A DNA stretch of 64,000 nt, from IMG/VR virus record IMGVR_UViG_3300008050_000026, positions 33,075-97,074 of that record; one strand, given 5' to 3'. Shown in pieces: positions 30,497-39,427 of the stretch (position 1 is the stretch's first letter; every line of letters begins with the position of its first letter). The notes under the pieces are model-generated. The model saw nothing but the letters and a program-made list of their open reading frames with translations. It searched no databases and was not told the origin of the DNA. Origin of the DNA: a virus. Both the position numbers and the translations under genes were made by a program.

Positions 30497-31446
30497 GTGA
30501 TGTAGTTCAAATCATACACATTGATGGACCAGACAAATCTGGCAAAGATGCTATCAAGCGTGAGATAATAAAAAGAACAGGTGGGGCTGTAATGGTAATT
30601 GCCAGATCGTTCCTTTCACAAACTGTTTATGCAAGTATCTATGGTCGAGATATAAATTCTGAAGGATATTGGTTAAAAGCAAAGCAAGCTTTTCAAAGAG
30701 GTGAAACACTCATATATCTTCGTCCAGAAAAGAACTTAGGTGAAATTGAAAGGAGGTTCAAGGAACATGATGAAAAAGACATGGACTTTGAAAATTATAC
30801 CTTACATAGAACTTGGTTTGATAGAACAGTATCGTTATTGGGACACCAAGGATGTAGATATTTACAAATAGATACAACAGCACATGATATTAGTAAATGT
30901 GTTGACATTATCTTACACAAGGCACTTTCAGATTATACAAAATTCTGTTCAAATTGTTTGCTTCATACTTTGGATGTCAATCAAATGGAGGCTAAACATG
31001 GATATGGGAAGCTTGTTCCAAAAAGAAATGATGGAACTGAGTTCATGATAGTGGGAATAAATCCATCTAACAAAAGAATACCATATAATCAAAACCCTTT
31101 TGAACTTACTAACGATCCACAAACACATAAGAACAAACCTTTTTGGGATGCTCTTTGGGACCTTGGCATCGGAAATAGATCATACATTACAAATGCAGTT
31201 AAATGTAGTACAAAAAACAACAAGTTAAAAACTGTAGATTTCAAATGCTGCGAACATATTCTTCAAGCGGAAATTGAATTCATGAGACCAAAGATTATAG
31301 TCGCAGTTGGAAAAGAAGTTGCAGCATATCTAAAAGGTAAACTTGATAGACACATTATTGAAATTCAAGATCCTGAACACCATAATTTCACACATTCATC
31401 AGTATACACACTTGACGTAATAGAAAAACTAAAACATCATGTCTAA
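30493..31446 (+). CDS. dNMP kinase fused to a uracil-DNA-glycosylase-superfamily domain
   Basis: P-loop IDGPDKSGKD and 'ARSFLSQTVY'; C-terminal CSNC, 'VGINPS', 'YITNAVKC', 'EIEFMRPKIIVAVG'. Confidence 0.78.
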   Translation: MSDVVQIIHIDGPDKSGKDAIKREIIKRTGGAVMVIARSFLSQTVYASIYGRDINSEGYWLKAKQAFQRGETLIYLRPEKNLGEIERRFKEHDEKDMDFENYTLHRTWFDRTVSLLGHQGCRYLQIDTTAHDISKCVDIILHKALSDYTKFCSNCLLHTLDVNQMEAKHGYGKLVPKRNDGTEFMIVGINPSNKRIPYNQNPFELTNDPQTHKNKPFWDALWDLGIGNRSYITNAVKCSTKNNKLKTVDFKCCEHILQAEIEFMRPKIIVAVGKEVAAYLKGKLDRHIIEIQDPEHHNFTHSSVYTLDVIEKLKHHV

Positions 31447-32398
31447 AAGAATATTCATAACTGGAGAAAGTGGTGTAATACCAAAAGCAATCATGGCGCT
31501 TTGTGAAAACTCAAACCATGTGGTTGTAAATACACATCTTAATAAAGATCTGGATGGATTACGATGGCATCAATCATTCAAGGTTAGACATCCTGAAATT
31601 GATTTCACAAACGATAGTGTAATTGAAGAGGCATTTCGAAGATCACAACCTGAAATAGTAATACATTCAGGTGCTTATGTTGGAACAGATTATTGTGCAA
31701 GTTCAAAAGATGAAGCAGTAAGATCCAATGTATATGGTACACAGAAAATTGTTGACCTGTGTAATGAACATGGGTGTAAGTTAATCTATTTTTCAACAAC
31801 GGCTATTTTCGATCCAAAAGCTTATAATAAGTATAAGTATATGACTGGACAAACTCGAATTGATCCTCAAACATTATATGGTATCACGAAATACGCTGGG
31901 GAACTGATTGTTAAGAACTTGTGCAAAACACCTTTCACCATCGTTAGACCAGTATTTGGTTTTGGTGATTATCCAGATGATCTACATTCAGCTTTGACTA
32001 AGTACATCTATTCCATAATAAATGGAAATCCTTTGACGATCCTACTTGATAGAAAAATAGGCAAGAACTATTTTAGGGTTGAGAACATTGCACAAATTGT
32101 AATGAACATCATCAATCAAAATTATTTTGGTTCTATATTCAATATAGGTGAGAATTACGACCTTAGGAAAAATTGGAATGAGATTGATGAAGTCATTGAA
32201 AGTAAGTTAGGTAAGTTTGACAATAGTAAAATCACTTTTGTACCAGAAAAGGATTACCTGCACTGGCACAATATAGATAACAGGAATTTGAAGACATTGG
32301 GGTTGTATTATGATCTACCTATCATGTTTGAACAAGGAATAGAAATGACAATCAAATCAGTTAAGGAAAATCTTGACAAAAAACCATATTGGATATGA
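31439..32398 (+). CDS. NAD-dependent NDP-sugar epimerase/dehydratase/reductase (extended SDR)
   Basis: 'IFITGESGVI', 'NVYGT', 'FSTTAIF', YGITK catalytic motif. Confidence 0.85.
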   Translation: MSKRIFITGESGVIPKAIMALCENSNHVVVNTHLNKDLDGLRWHQSFKVRHPEIDFTNDSVIEEAFRRSQPEIVIHSGAYVGTDYCASSKDEAVRSNVYGTQKIVDLCNEHGCKLIYFSTTAIFDPKAYNKYKYMTGQTRIDPQTLYGITKYAGELIVKNLCKTPFTIVRPVFGFGDYPDDLHSALTKYIYSIINGNPLTILLDRKIGKNYFRVENIAQIVMNIINQNYFGSIFNIGENYDLRKNWNEIDEVIESKLGKFDNSKITFVPEKDYLHWHNIDNRNLKTLGLYYDLPIMFEQGIEMTIKSVKENLDKKPYWI

Positions 32399-32901
32399 AA
32401 CCAAGAATGCGATATATTCAGTTCAAACAAGAACTTGATGATCAGATTGATATTATCAAAGTTGGTGGTCGTGATACCAAGGAAATTGTATCACTTGTAA
32501 TTGACTATGAGATCAATACCATGTCAGAAGAAGTTAACAGCTTTTTAACAGAGAAATTAACAGCTCAATCTAAAGATGATGTGAAGGAAAGAAAAATGAT
32601 CATGTTGGAACTTACAAAAACTATCATTGATCTTAGAGAGGATCCAAATTCAAGACAGATGTTAGTAAGGCCAAACTACATCGGGAACGAAAGGCTTTCA
32701 GCATGTATATCACTTGTGCATGTCTTATTTAGGAAAGGGAAGATCATTATGAATGTATATCAACGAAGTCAGAATATTGATAACTTCTTATATGACCAGC
32801 AAACATTCTTTTTCCTTGCGAAGATGGTCGCAAATACATCAGCTGTTGACAAATGCGAAATAAATGTGATCATAGGGTCACTACACAAATACTTAGACTA
32901 A
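32395..32901 (+). CDS. minimal thymidylate-synthase-like protein (putative dNMP-modifying enzyme)
   Basis: 'DPNSRQM', 'LSAC', 'VYQRSQN', 'IGSLHKY' correspond to TS 'P.SRR', 'LPPC', 'YQRS.D', 'G..H.Y'. Confidence 0.75.
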   Translation: MKPRMRYIQFKQELDDQIDIIKVGGRDTKEIVSLVIDYEINTMSEEVNSFLTEKLTAQSKDDVKERKMIMLELTKTIIDLREDPNSRQMLVRPNYIGNERLSACISLVHVLFRKGKIIMNVYQRSQNIDNFLYDQQTFFFLAKMVANTSAVDKCEINVIIGSLHKYLD

Positions 32902-33710
32902 TGGATTTCAAAGAAATAGAAGACCTGAGAAAAGCAACTGGAACATTGCCTTCGGAAAGGCCAATGAAAAATACCAATGTGTTACAATTACCAGTTGCAT
33001 TGAAAGTAACACTTGAAGATCATTCAGCAAATCCATATAAAGCCATGTTCGTTACAGCAACGAGTACATGGGGTGATAATAATTTTGAACAGAAGTGGCC
33101 AATTACTTCACCTGAAGGAAAACTGGAAGTGATAAAAGCTGTACTTACTCATAATACATTACCTCAGGCTAAGGAAATGGTCCAATTTGTATTTCGAGTA
33201 AAAGGGGTACCAAGATGGTTGTTTGATTATCATGCAACGACTGTGAAATTTGCTTCATTCATGTCCATCGGTTGTAGAGATAACAATAAGATTGACTCAG
33301 ATGTCATAACAATGGATCAAGTTGGTTCAGCAGAAATGGCAGTTTTTAGGGAATTGAAAGATCTATATGAACTGGCACTTGGTTCTGATCAAGCAAGTTG
33401 GCAATCAGCGAGAACATTCTTACCTCAATCATATTCACATTCATACCACTTTGGACAAAATTTACTATCATTGATTTCAACCAGAGGATTTCATGCATCA
33501 AAGTTCTTTGGTAATGATTTCAAAGAAGAGGCAATACAATATTTGTATCATACCATTGTAAAAGAAGTAAAACAGCACTTTCCTTTACTTGGTTTGTATT
33601 TGAACATGATGTTTAGCCATGAGGTTAAGAAAACAGTAATGGATCAACTTCATAAATTGAAGCTTGAGGATCTAAACGAAAAAGACATTGAACTATTAAA
33701 TAGGATATGA
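32901..33710 (+). CDS. divergent ThyX (flavin-dependent thymidylate synthase)-like protein
   Basis: 'FVFRVKGVPR' and 'WQSARTFLPQS' resemble ThyX segments; the RHRx7S signature is absent; start chosen at the TAATG overlap. Confidence 0.6.
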   Translation: MDFKEIEDLRKATGTLPSERPMKNTNVLQLPVALKVTLEDHSANPYKAMFVTATSTWGDNNFEQKWPITSPEGKLEVIKAVLTHNTLPQAKEMVQFVFRVKGVPRWLFDYHATTVKFASFMSIGCRDNNKIDSDVITMDQVGSAEMAVFRELKDLYELALGSDQASWQSARTFLPQSYSHSYHFGQNLLSLISTRGFHASKFFGNDFKEEAIQYLYHTIVKEVKQHFPLLGLYLNMMFSHEVKKTVMDQLHKLKLEDLNEKDIELLNRI

Positions 33711-34396
33711 TGAAAAAAGAAGCAGTCATTTTTGCAAAAGGAGTAGAAGCGTTAGTGGTAGATATTATTTCTGCAGATGAAACTGGTGTCACATACCATG
33801 TAAAAGGAACCCCCATTTGCCAATATGATCAACATAGTCGAGCAAGAATAGGGGTTGAGTTCTTTGATTACAAGGTTGAAGAAAAACCTGTGTATGTCGT
33901 TTATACAGCAGTTGCAAATCACATGACATCAGATAATGCTGATAAGATTTCAAGTGCATTGTGGAAGTTGGAAGCATTAAGAAACAAATCACCTTATAAA
34001 GATCAGTACAATCTCATGACAAGGTCATGTGAATATAAGGTTAAGCAATCATGGGGATCCTTACGTGGACAAATGATGAGGAGGTTGAAATTCTGTGAAG
34101 AAGAATTCATTGTAGGTTTACATTGGTTATTGAGACATAAGCTTATAGACATGGGCTTCAAACAAGCAGAAAGTTTCCTACCTGGGTGTGATAATGCAAA
34201 AGATTGTGACTATGCTTCGGCAGATTACCTATCAAATATGTTTGGTTGTTTATTCGCTGGATGTAATAGATGGGAGTCGCATGCCAAATACGCTTCATTC
34301 AACGAGTCGTGTACAACACCTGAACTATTGGAACAACAATTAGCATCATATCACCTTAGAATACCAAGGTCTACATACGAGCTTGAAAAAAAATAA
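33707..34396 (+). CDS. second ThyX-like protein (C-terminal-type, Cys-rich)
   Basis: 'QYDQHSR', 'GSLRGQMMRRLKFCEEEF' and 'LPGCD...C...C..C' resemble the ThyX C-terminal region. Confidence 0.45.
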   Translation: MMKKEAVIFAKGVEALVVDIISADETGVTYHVKGTPICQYDQHSRARIGVEFFDYKVEEKPVYVVYTAVANHMTSDNADKISSALWKLEALRNKSPYKDQYNLMTRSCEYKVKQSWGSLRGQMMRRLKFCEEEFIVGLHWLLRHKLIDMGFKQAESFLPGCDNAKDCDYASADYLSNMFGCLFAGCNRWESHAKYASFNESCTTPELLEQQLASYHLRIPRSTYELEKK

Positions 34397-34471
34397 AAAA
34401 TTATTTCATAGATACAGAAAAAAGTTGTAGATTTGACTTGTCAATTGGTTATTAACTAAAAATAGAAGATC

Positions 34472-34984
34472 ATGACAAAAATCGATGCAAGGGAGACAAC
34501 AAAAAGGTCTCTCAAGAAGTACACCTCGGATCAGCTGATTAAGAAGCTGGAAGGTGGCAAATTACTTTCCTTATCTAAGGAATTGGCTTTTGAAATCCTT
34601 AAAGATCGTGAGGTTGAACTACCTGACAGTTTAAAGGATGGTTCACCTGAACCTGTGAAAAAGAAAAAAGCTGCTCCAAAGGCCAAGGTTGAAAAAAAGG
34701 AAGATGCCCCTAAGGACGAGAAAAAGGAAACCGCTCCAAAAGCAAAAGCGGAAAAATCTGGTGGAACACGGGATGTTTCAAATGAAAATCCTGACCTTGT
34801 GGTTGGAACAAAGGTTTCATTTGAACAACGAGTTTCAAAGGACACAGTTACTGGTAAGATCATCAGTTTCTATGACTGGACCACCAAGAAGGATGTAACG
34901 AAAGAAGCTGCCAACATCTCAGTTGAGGTTGATGGAAAAGCTAAAAAGTTCGTGAAAAATGTTTCGGCTTTGACCAAGGCATAA
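34472..34984 (+). CDS. Lys-rich putative DNA-binding protein
   Basis: KKKKAAPKAK linker and SH3-like C-terminus; has its own promoter (TAGATTTG at 34428) and terminator. Confidence 0.5.
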   Translation: MTKIDARETTKRSLKKYTSDQLIKKLEGGKLLSLSKELAFEILKDREVELPDSLKDGSPEPVKKKKAAPKAKVEKKEDAPKDEKKETAPKAKAEKSGGTRDVSNENPDLVVGTKVSFEQRVSKDTVTGKIISFYDWTTKKDVTKEAANISVEVDGKAKKFVKNVSALTKA

Positions 34985-35005
34985 GCAATATCCCAATCAT
35001 TTTTG

Positions 35006-35036
35006 AAAAGGTCACCAATTTGGTGACTTTTTTTTT
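35006..35036 (+). terminator. intrinsic terminator
   Basis: GTCACCA-ATT-TGGTGAC followed by T9. Confidence 0.85.
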
Positions 35037-35053
35037 GCAAAATTGTTTCTGTT

Positions 35054-35075
35054 TAATAATAATTTATTATTTTTA
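35054..35075 (+). promoter_or_regulatory. conserved 22-bp phage promoter motif
   Basis: TAATAA-TAAT-TTATTA-TTTTTA; ATG 5 nt downstream. Confidence 0.75.
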
Positions 35076-35079
35076 TTGC

Positions 35080-35976
35080 ATGAACTTAATCTTTGATCTA
35101 TCACACGCCTACTACAAGTCATACGCAGTTTTCAAATCAAGGTACCCAGGGGTTGAATTAACCAACCATGATAGCCAAAAACAACTTATCAGAAAGTTCC
35201 TTACAGATTTTTGTTATTCAATCAGATTGTTTGAAAGTACAGGAATTGATCGAGTTATCTGTTGTATGGATGGTAGGAACAATTGGAGGAAAAATGTTGA
35301 TCCTGAATATAAAGGAAATAGGGAACGAAAGGAACCTGAATTTTATCAGGTAAGAGAAGAATGTGCAAGGTACCTTAAGAATGCAGGTTTCATAATATCA
35401 CACGATGCTATGTTGGAAGCTGATGATCTGGTGGCTATATGGAGTAAGTTCATTTCTATAAATGGTGAAGAATGTTTGATCCTATCTTCAGATAAGGACA
35501 TCAGGATGCTCGTTAATGAAAACGTGGCAGTTTACTCAAACAATAGTAAATTGGCTGAGATTTATTACAAGGAACCCCTATCATGGTTTGGGAATTTTTC
35601 TTCATCTCAGTTAATTACATATCAAGAGGTTTCACCAAAGTGGATAGTTTTTGAAAAAACACTCATGGGTGACTCTGGGGACAATGTTCCTAAGATCCTT
35701 AAAAGAGGGGTTGGATATAAAAGATGTGTCAAGCTGTTCAATGATTGCAAGTCACATCTAAGCGATTATGGAAAGGTCTATGAAATATGTAAGGAACAAG
35801 ACGTCTTTGATGATGACCTTACTGAGAAGCTATTCCTGAGAAATAAAAAATTGATTGATCTAACAAGTTTCAATGGTCCACTCAACGTAGTTAAAAGGAT
35901 GTACGAGGAAGCTATTGATAAATCCACTGAATATGATTTTGATGATGACTATGTTCTTAGTAAAATTTATGTCTAA
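35080..35976 (+). CDS. 5'-3' exonuclease / flap endonuclease (T4 RNase H-like)
   Basis: 'YKGNR', 'LEADD', 'SSDKD', 'GDSGDNVP'; start moved to ATG 35080. Confidence 0.9.
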   Translation: MNLIFDLSHAYYKSYAVFKSRYPGVELTNHDSQKQLIRKFLTDFCYSIRLFESTGIDRVICCMDGRNNWRKNVDPEYKGNRERKEPEFYQVREECARYLKNAGFIISHDAMLEADDLVAIWSKFISINGEECLILSSDKDIRMLVNENVAVYSNNSKLAEIYYKEPLSWFGNFSSSQLITYQEVSPKWIVFEKTLMGDSGDNVPKILKRGVGYKRCVKLFNDCKSHLSDYGKVYEICKEQDVFDDDLTEKLFLRNKKLIDLTSFNGPLNVVKRMYEEAIDKSTEYDFDDDYVLSKIYV

Positions 35977-36283
35977 CCCATTTTATTGGCTTTGGGTACC
36001 TGCATTATTGGCATTTATATTGATTGTCTATGCTGCACGTAAAATTGAATGGCCTACAGAAAAGAAAATATGGGATCATTCCAAAGAAAAGGAACAAGCT
36101 GATAAGTTTGTTGCCAACGATGGTAAGAAATGGGTTTCTGAAAATAAGTATTATATCTGGAATGTTCGCAAAGGACTTTTTGAAAAATTTACAAGAACTG
36201 ATGGAAAAGATACTCAATCTGGTTGGGATATTTATTCCAACGTTGAAAAACAATCGAAACAATGGGCAAAGAACTCCAAGTAG
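35969..36283 (+). CDS. membrane-anchored hypothetical protein
   Basis: N-terminal TM segment FYWLWVPALLAFILIVYAA. Confidence 0.55.
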   Translation: MSNPFYWLWVPALLAFILIVYAARKIEWPTEKKIWDHSKEKEQADKFVANDGKKWVSENKYYIWNVRKGLFEKFTRTDGKDTQSGWDIYSNVEKQSKQWAKNSK

Positions 36284-36474
36284 ATGACAAATTCAGAACT
36301 AATCCTTTGAGCCACCAACCAGGGGGCCATGAGGTAAAAGTTCAAAAAAGAGATAATTCAATCTTTAAGTATGATAAAATCAAAAATCCAAAAGCATACA
36401 TCAAGAAATTAAAATTCGTTGAAGAAATAATTGCCGTTTGGGTTGATGGCGTAGAACTTACAGCATGGCGTTAG
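36262..36474 (+). CDS. hypothetical protein
   Basis: 70-aa ORF overlapping both neighbours. Confidence 0.55.
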   Translation: MGKELQVDDKFRTNPLSHQPGGHEVKVQKRDNSIFKYDKIKNPKAYIKKLKFVEEIIAVWVDGVELTAWR

Positions 36475-36998
36475 AAGATTATGAACAGTTGGTAACACTC
36501 CAACTACCTACAAAAATAGTCGTTTTAAGATTGCGAGATTTTGATACTGACATTGATGTAGATGAATTGACACAAATCCACTACCATAATTTAATGGGAG
36601 AACTATTAACTTGTTCTGTAGCAATGAACAGAATAGGAAATCTTCTTGCTGATTATGAAAGCATGGTAAGTGAAGCCAAACTTGATATTAGTATCTATGA
36701 GGCTCAACGAGATGCTGAGGAAAGGAAAGAAATGGTCAACAATAATGAAAGGATCAGTAATGAAAAAGTGGAAATGGCAATTAGGAGATCACCTGAATGG
36801 AAAGTAAAGAAGAAAGAACATATCAGGCTTTCAAAGGAATGGGGATACCTCAATTCATTGTATTGGGCGATTAAGTCAAAAGACGAAAAATTGAACAAGC
36901 TTACTGATAAATTGAGACCTGAAGATTTTGAAGCAGAAATCGTCGAAGAAAAAATTAACGGAATAATGATAAAATTGCAGGATAAAGCCGTTATGTAA
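36465..36998 (+). CDS. UvsY-like recombination mediator
   Basis: All-helical 177 aa with 'EKVEMAIRRSPEW'; adjacent to a gp32-like SSB and Mre11/Rad50. Confidence 0.5.
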   Translation: MALEDYEQLVTLQLPTKIVVLRLRDFDTDIDVDELTQIHYHNLMGELLTCSVAMNRIGNLLADYESMVSEAKLDISIYEAQRDAEERKEMVNNNERISNEKVEMAIRRSPEWKVKKKEHIRLSKEWGYLNSLYWAIKSKDEKLNKLTDKLRPEDFEAEIVEEKINGIMIKLQDKAVM

Positions 36999-37017
36999 TA
37001 AAAAATTATTATTTTTA
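36996..37017 (+). promoter_or_regulatory. conserved 22-bp phage promoter motif
   Basis: TAATAA-AAAA-TTATTA-TTTTTA upstream of the SSB gene. Confidence 0.75.
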
Positions 37018-37042
37018 ATGTCATAAATCAACATAAACAAAA

Positions 37043-38371
37043 ATGGGAATAGAAAGAGACAAGTTTCGAGATACCACTCGAGTTGAAGACCTGAAAAAGG
37101 CCGACCAGAAAGTCGAAAAACTCAACAGGACACAAACGTCCGATTATGCTGGCTATCTAACCATTGAAGATGGGGAGAATAAGTTCAGAATTTATCCACC
37201 TCACCCTAACAAGGATAATCATCCATTTGTACAAGCAAAACAGCTTTGGTGGTTACCTTGGGTATACGAACAAAAGGATGACGATGGTAATGTCATAAAG
37301 GATAAAAAAGGAAATCCTAAAATGCAAGATGGCAAGAAAAGGATTTTCGATGCTCGTATCCATTCCAAAGCTGGTGTCGATGTTGTTTCAGAATACATTG
37401 ATTTCTACAAGAAAATGTGTGAAGATGCTGGAATGAGTGAAGATGAAGTAACGGAAGCAATGTTACCAATCTATGGTAGTTACCAGAAAAAGATCCAAGG
37501 AATTGTTGGAAAACCTGGGTGGGTAATTTATGCAGATAAACACAACAATGCTGGAGGTAAGGAGTTCGGTAGATTGGAAATTGGTAAAGCTGTTAAATAC
37601 AGATTGAATGACATCATTGCACGAGAAAGTGATGATGAACCTGTAGGCACAGTTTCACAAAATCCATTCACTGATCTTGATGATGGTCGATTGTTGATCG
37701 TAACCTATAATGGGGATGCGAAGAAAGCAGCTGATTACTACAAAACTGAGATTGACAGTTCGTTCGATAAGAAAACCAAGCAAGTAAATCTCGTACCATT
37801 ATCGGATGAAGAATTGGAAACCTTCTCAAAATATCCATCGTTGCATAGTTTGTTCGTTGATGTCTATACATCAGAAGATTTTGAATATGCTGTAACAGGT
37901 TTGAAACTATTTGATGATAAGGAAGAACTTGGTGTATTCGAACATGAAGAATGGAATGAAAAGGTTGCCAAGATGGCTGAGTTGTATCCAGATCCTGATG
38001 ATGACGATGAAGAAAAACCTGAAGAGGAGAAAGCAGAAGAAACTGAAGGTGATGGTAATATGAATGATGGAGGTCCTGAATATTCTGGAGGTGATGATGA
38101 AAAAAATGAAGATGAGGAACCACCAGAAGAAGTTGAAGAGGTTGATGATGGTATTCCACCAGAACTTGAAGGGGACGATTACGATGACATGGAAAGGAAC
38201 GATTTGAAGATATTCATTCGTGACAATGCCATTCCAATAGTTGTAAAGAAATCAATGACAGATGATGCCATTCGCGATCTTATCAGAAAGCATGTTGCGG
38301 AACTTGAAGGTGGAGGGGATACCAAAGCTGAAAAGCCGGCAAAATCTTCATTGAAAGATAAGTACAAATAA
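37043..38371 (+). CDS. single-stranded DNA-binding protein (gp32-like) with acidic linker
   Basis: 'GENKFRIYPP' and 'PFTDLDDGRLLIV'; very long D/E-rich tail; small C-terminal helical domain. Confidence 0.7.
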   Translation: MGIERDKFRDTTRVEDLKKADQKVEKLNRTQTSDYAGYLTIEDGENKFRIYPPHPNKDNHPFVQAKQLWWLPWVYEQKDDDGNVIKDKKGNPKMQDGKKRIFDARIHSKAGVDVVSEYIDFYKKMCEDAGMSEDEVTEAMLPIYGSYQKKIQGIVGKPGWVIYADKHNNAGGKEFGRLEIGKAVKYRLNDIIARESDDEPVGTVSQNPFTDLDDGRLLIVTYNGDAKKAADYYKTEIDSSFDKKTKQVNLVPLSDEELETFSKYPSLHSLFVDVYTSEDFEYAVTGLKLFDDKEELGVFEHEEWNEKVAKMAELYPDPDDDDEEKPEEEKAEETEGDGNMNDGGPEYSGGDDEKNEDEEPPEEVEEVDDGIPPELEGDDYDDMERNDLKIFIRDNAIPIVVKKSMTDDAIRDLIRKHVAELEGGGDTKAEKPAKSSLKDKYK

Positions 38372-38386
38372 GGAAGCTAATTACCA

Positions 38387-39427
38387 ATGGCGAAGAAGAG
38401 ACAACCTGTCGGTTTACTAATTACTGACACACACCTTAAAGATGGAAATGAAGATCTTGTTTTATCGATTTTTCAACAAGCTATCAAAATCTGTCAGGCC
38501 CATGGTTTATCAACGATCTATCATTTAGGTGATTGGTTTACCAGCAGGAAGTCTCAATCTTTATCTGTACTACTTACAACTGTAAGGATTAAAAATGCAA
38601 TCGAGGAAGCTGGATTGATCTTGGAAGTAACACCAGGGAACCATGATAAAACTGACTTAAACTCAGATCATAGTTTTCTGGATTTTTTCTATGACCATGA
38701 ATGTTTTAGAGTGATTGATTGTTTTCATAGAAGTAAGATTACAGATAAGATCAAAGTTCTATGGTGCCCATATTATAAGGTAGACCTTTGGAAAGAAAAA
38801 CTTGATGAAAAAATCAAAGAGGGGCTTGATAAGGATTTCAAATGGGTTTTGTTTGGACATCAAGCTGTTAATGGAGCTGTTAATAACGATGGCTCTAAGG
38901 TTAAGAATAAGTTGACAAAAAATGTATTCAAAGATTTTGATGCAACATTCTTTGGACATTACCACAACCAGTCTGGACCTTATTTAGGTTCAGCATACCA
39001 ATCTAATTTTGGTGAGGACACTAATAAAGGTGTCACATTGCTTTATTCAGATTTGAGCACAGAACATATTCAATTGGAATTTCCTGCCTATGTGAAGTAT
39101 GTTGCTGATCCAACAAACGAAAAGCAATTCAAATCAATAACAAAAAAGGTTCTTGATTTCAAACTTAAGAATAAACAACACGTCGTTCGTATAGAACTTA
39201 CAGGCGATCGTGATAAGATAATTTCATTAGACAAAAGCTTATTTGCAGAAGCTGGCGTTCAAGTTACTTCAAAATTCGATGATGCTAAGGTTTCTATGGA
39301 CTATGAAGAAGGTGAATTCAAGGTGTTTGATAATGAAACAATCATTCAAGAATTCAGTGAATTTGCAGAGGAAGAAAAACTCGATGTTGAACAAGGAATA
39401 GGTTTCATAGAAAAAGCAGTTAAATAA
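38387..39427 (+). CDS. Mre11/SbcD-like nuclease (gp47-like)
   Basis: DTH, LGDWF, GNHD, GHQ and GHYH metallophosphoesterase motifs. Confidence 0.9.
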   Translation: MAKKRQPVGLLITDTHLKDGNEDLVLSIFQQAIKICQAHGLSTIYHLGDWFTSRKSQSLSVLLTTVRIKNAIEEAGLILEVTPGNHDKTDLNSDHSFLDFFYDHECFRVIDCFHRSKITDKIKVLWCPYYKVDLWKEKLDEKIKEGLDKDFKWVLFGHQAVNGAVNNDGSKVKNKLTKNVFKDFDATFFGHYHNQSGPYLGSAYQSNFGEDTNKGVTLLYSDLSTEHIQLEFPAYVKYVADPTNEKQFKSITKKVLDFKLKNKQHVVRIELTGDRDKIISLDKSLFAEAGVQVTSKFDDAKVSMDYEEGEFKVFDNETIIQEFSEFAEEEKLDVEQGIGFIEKAVK

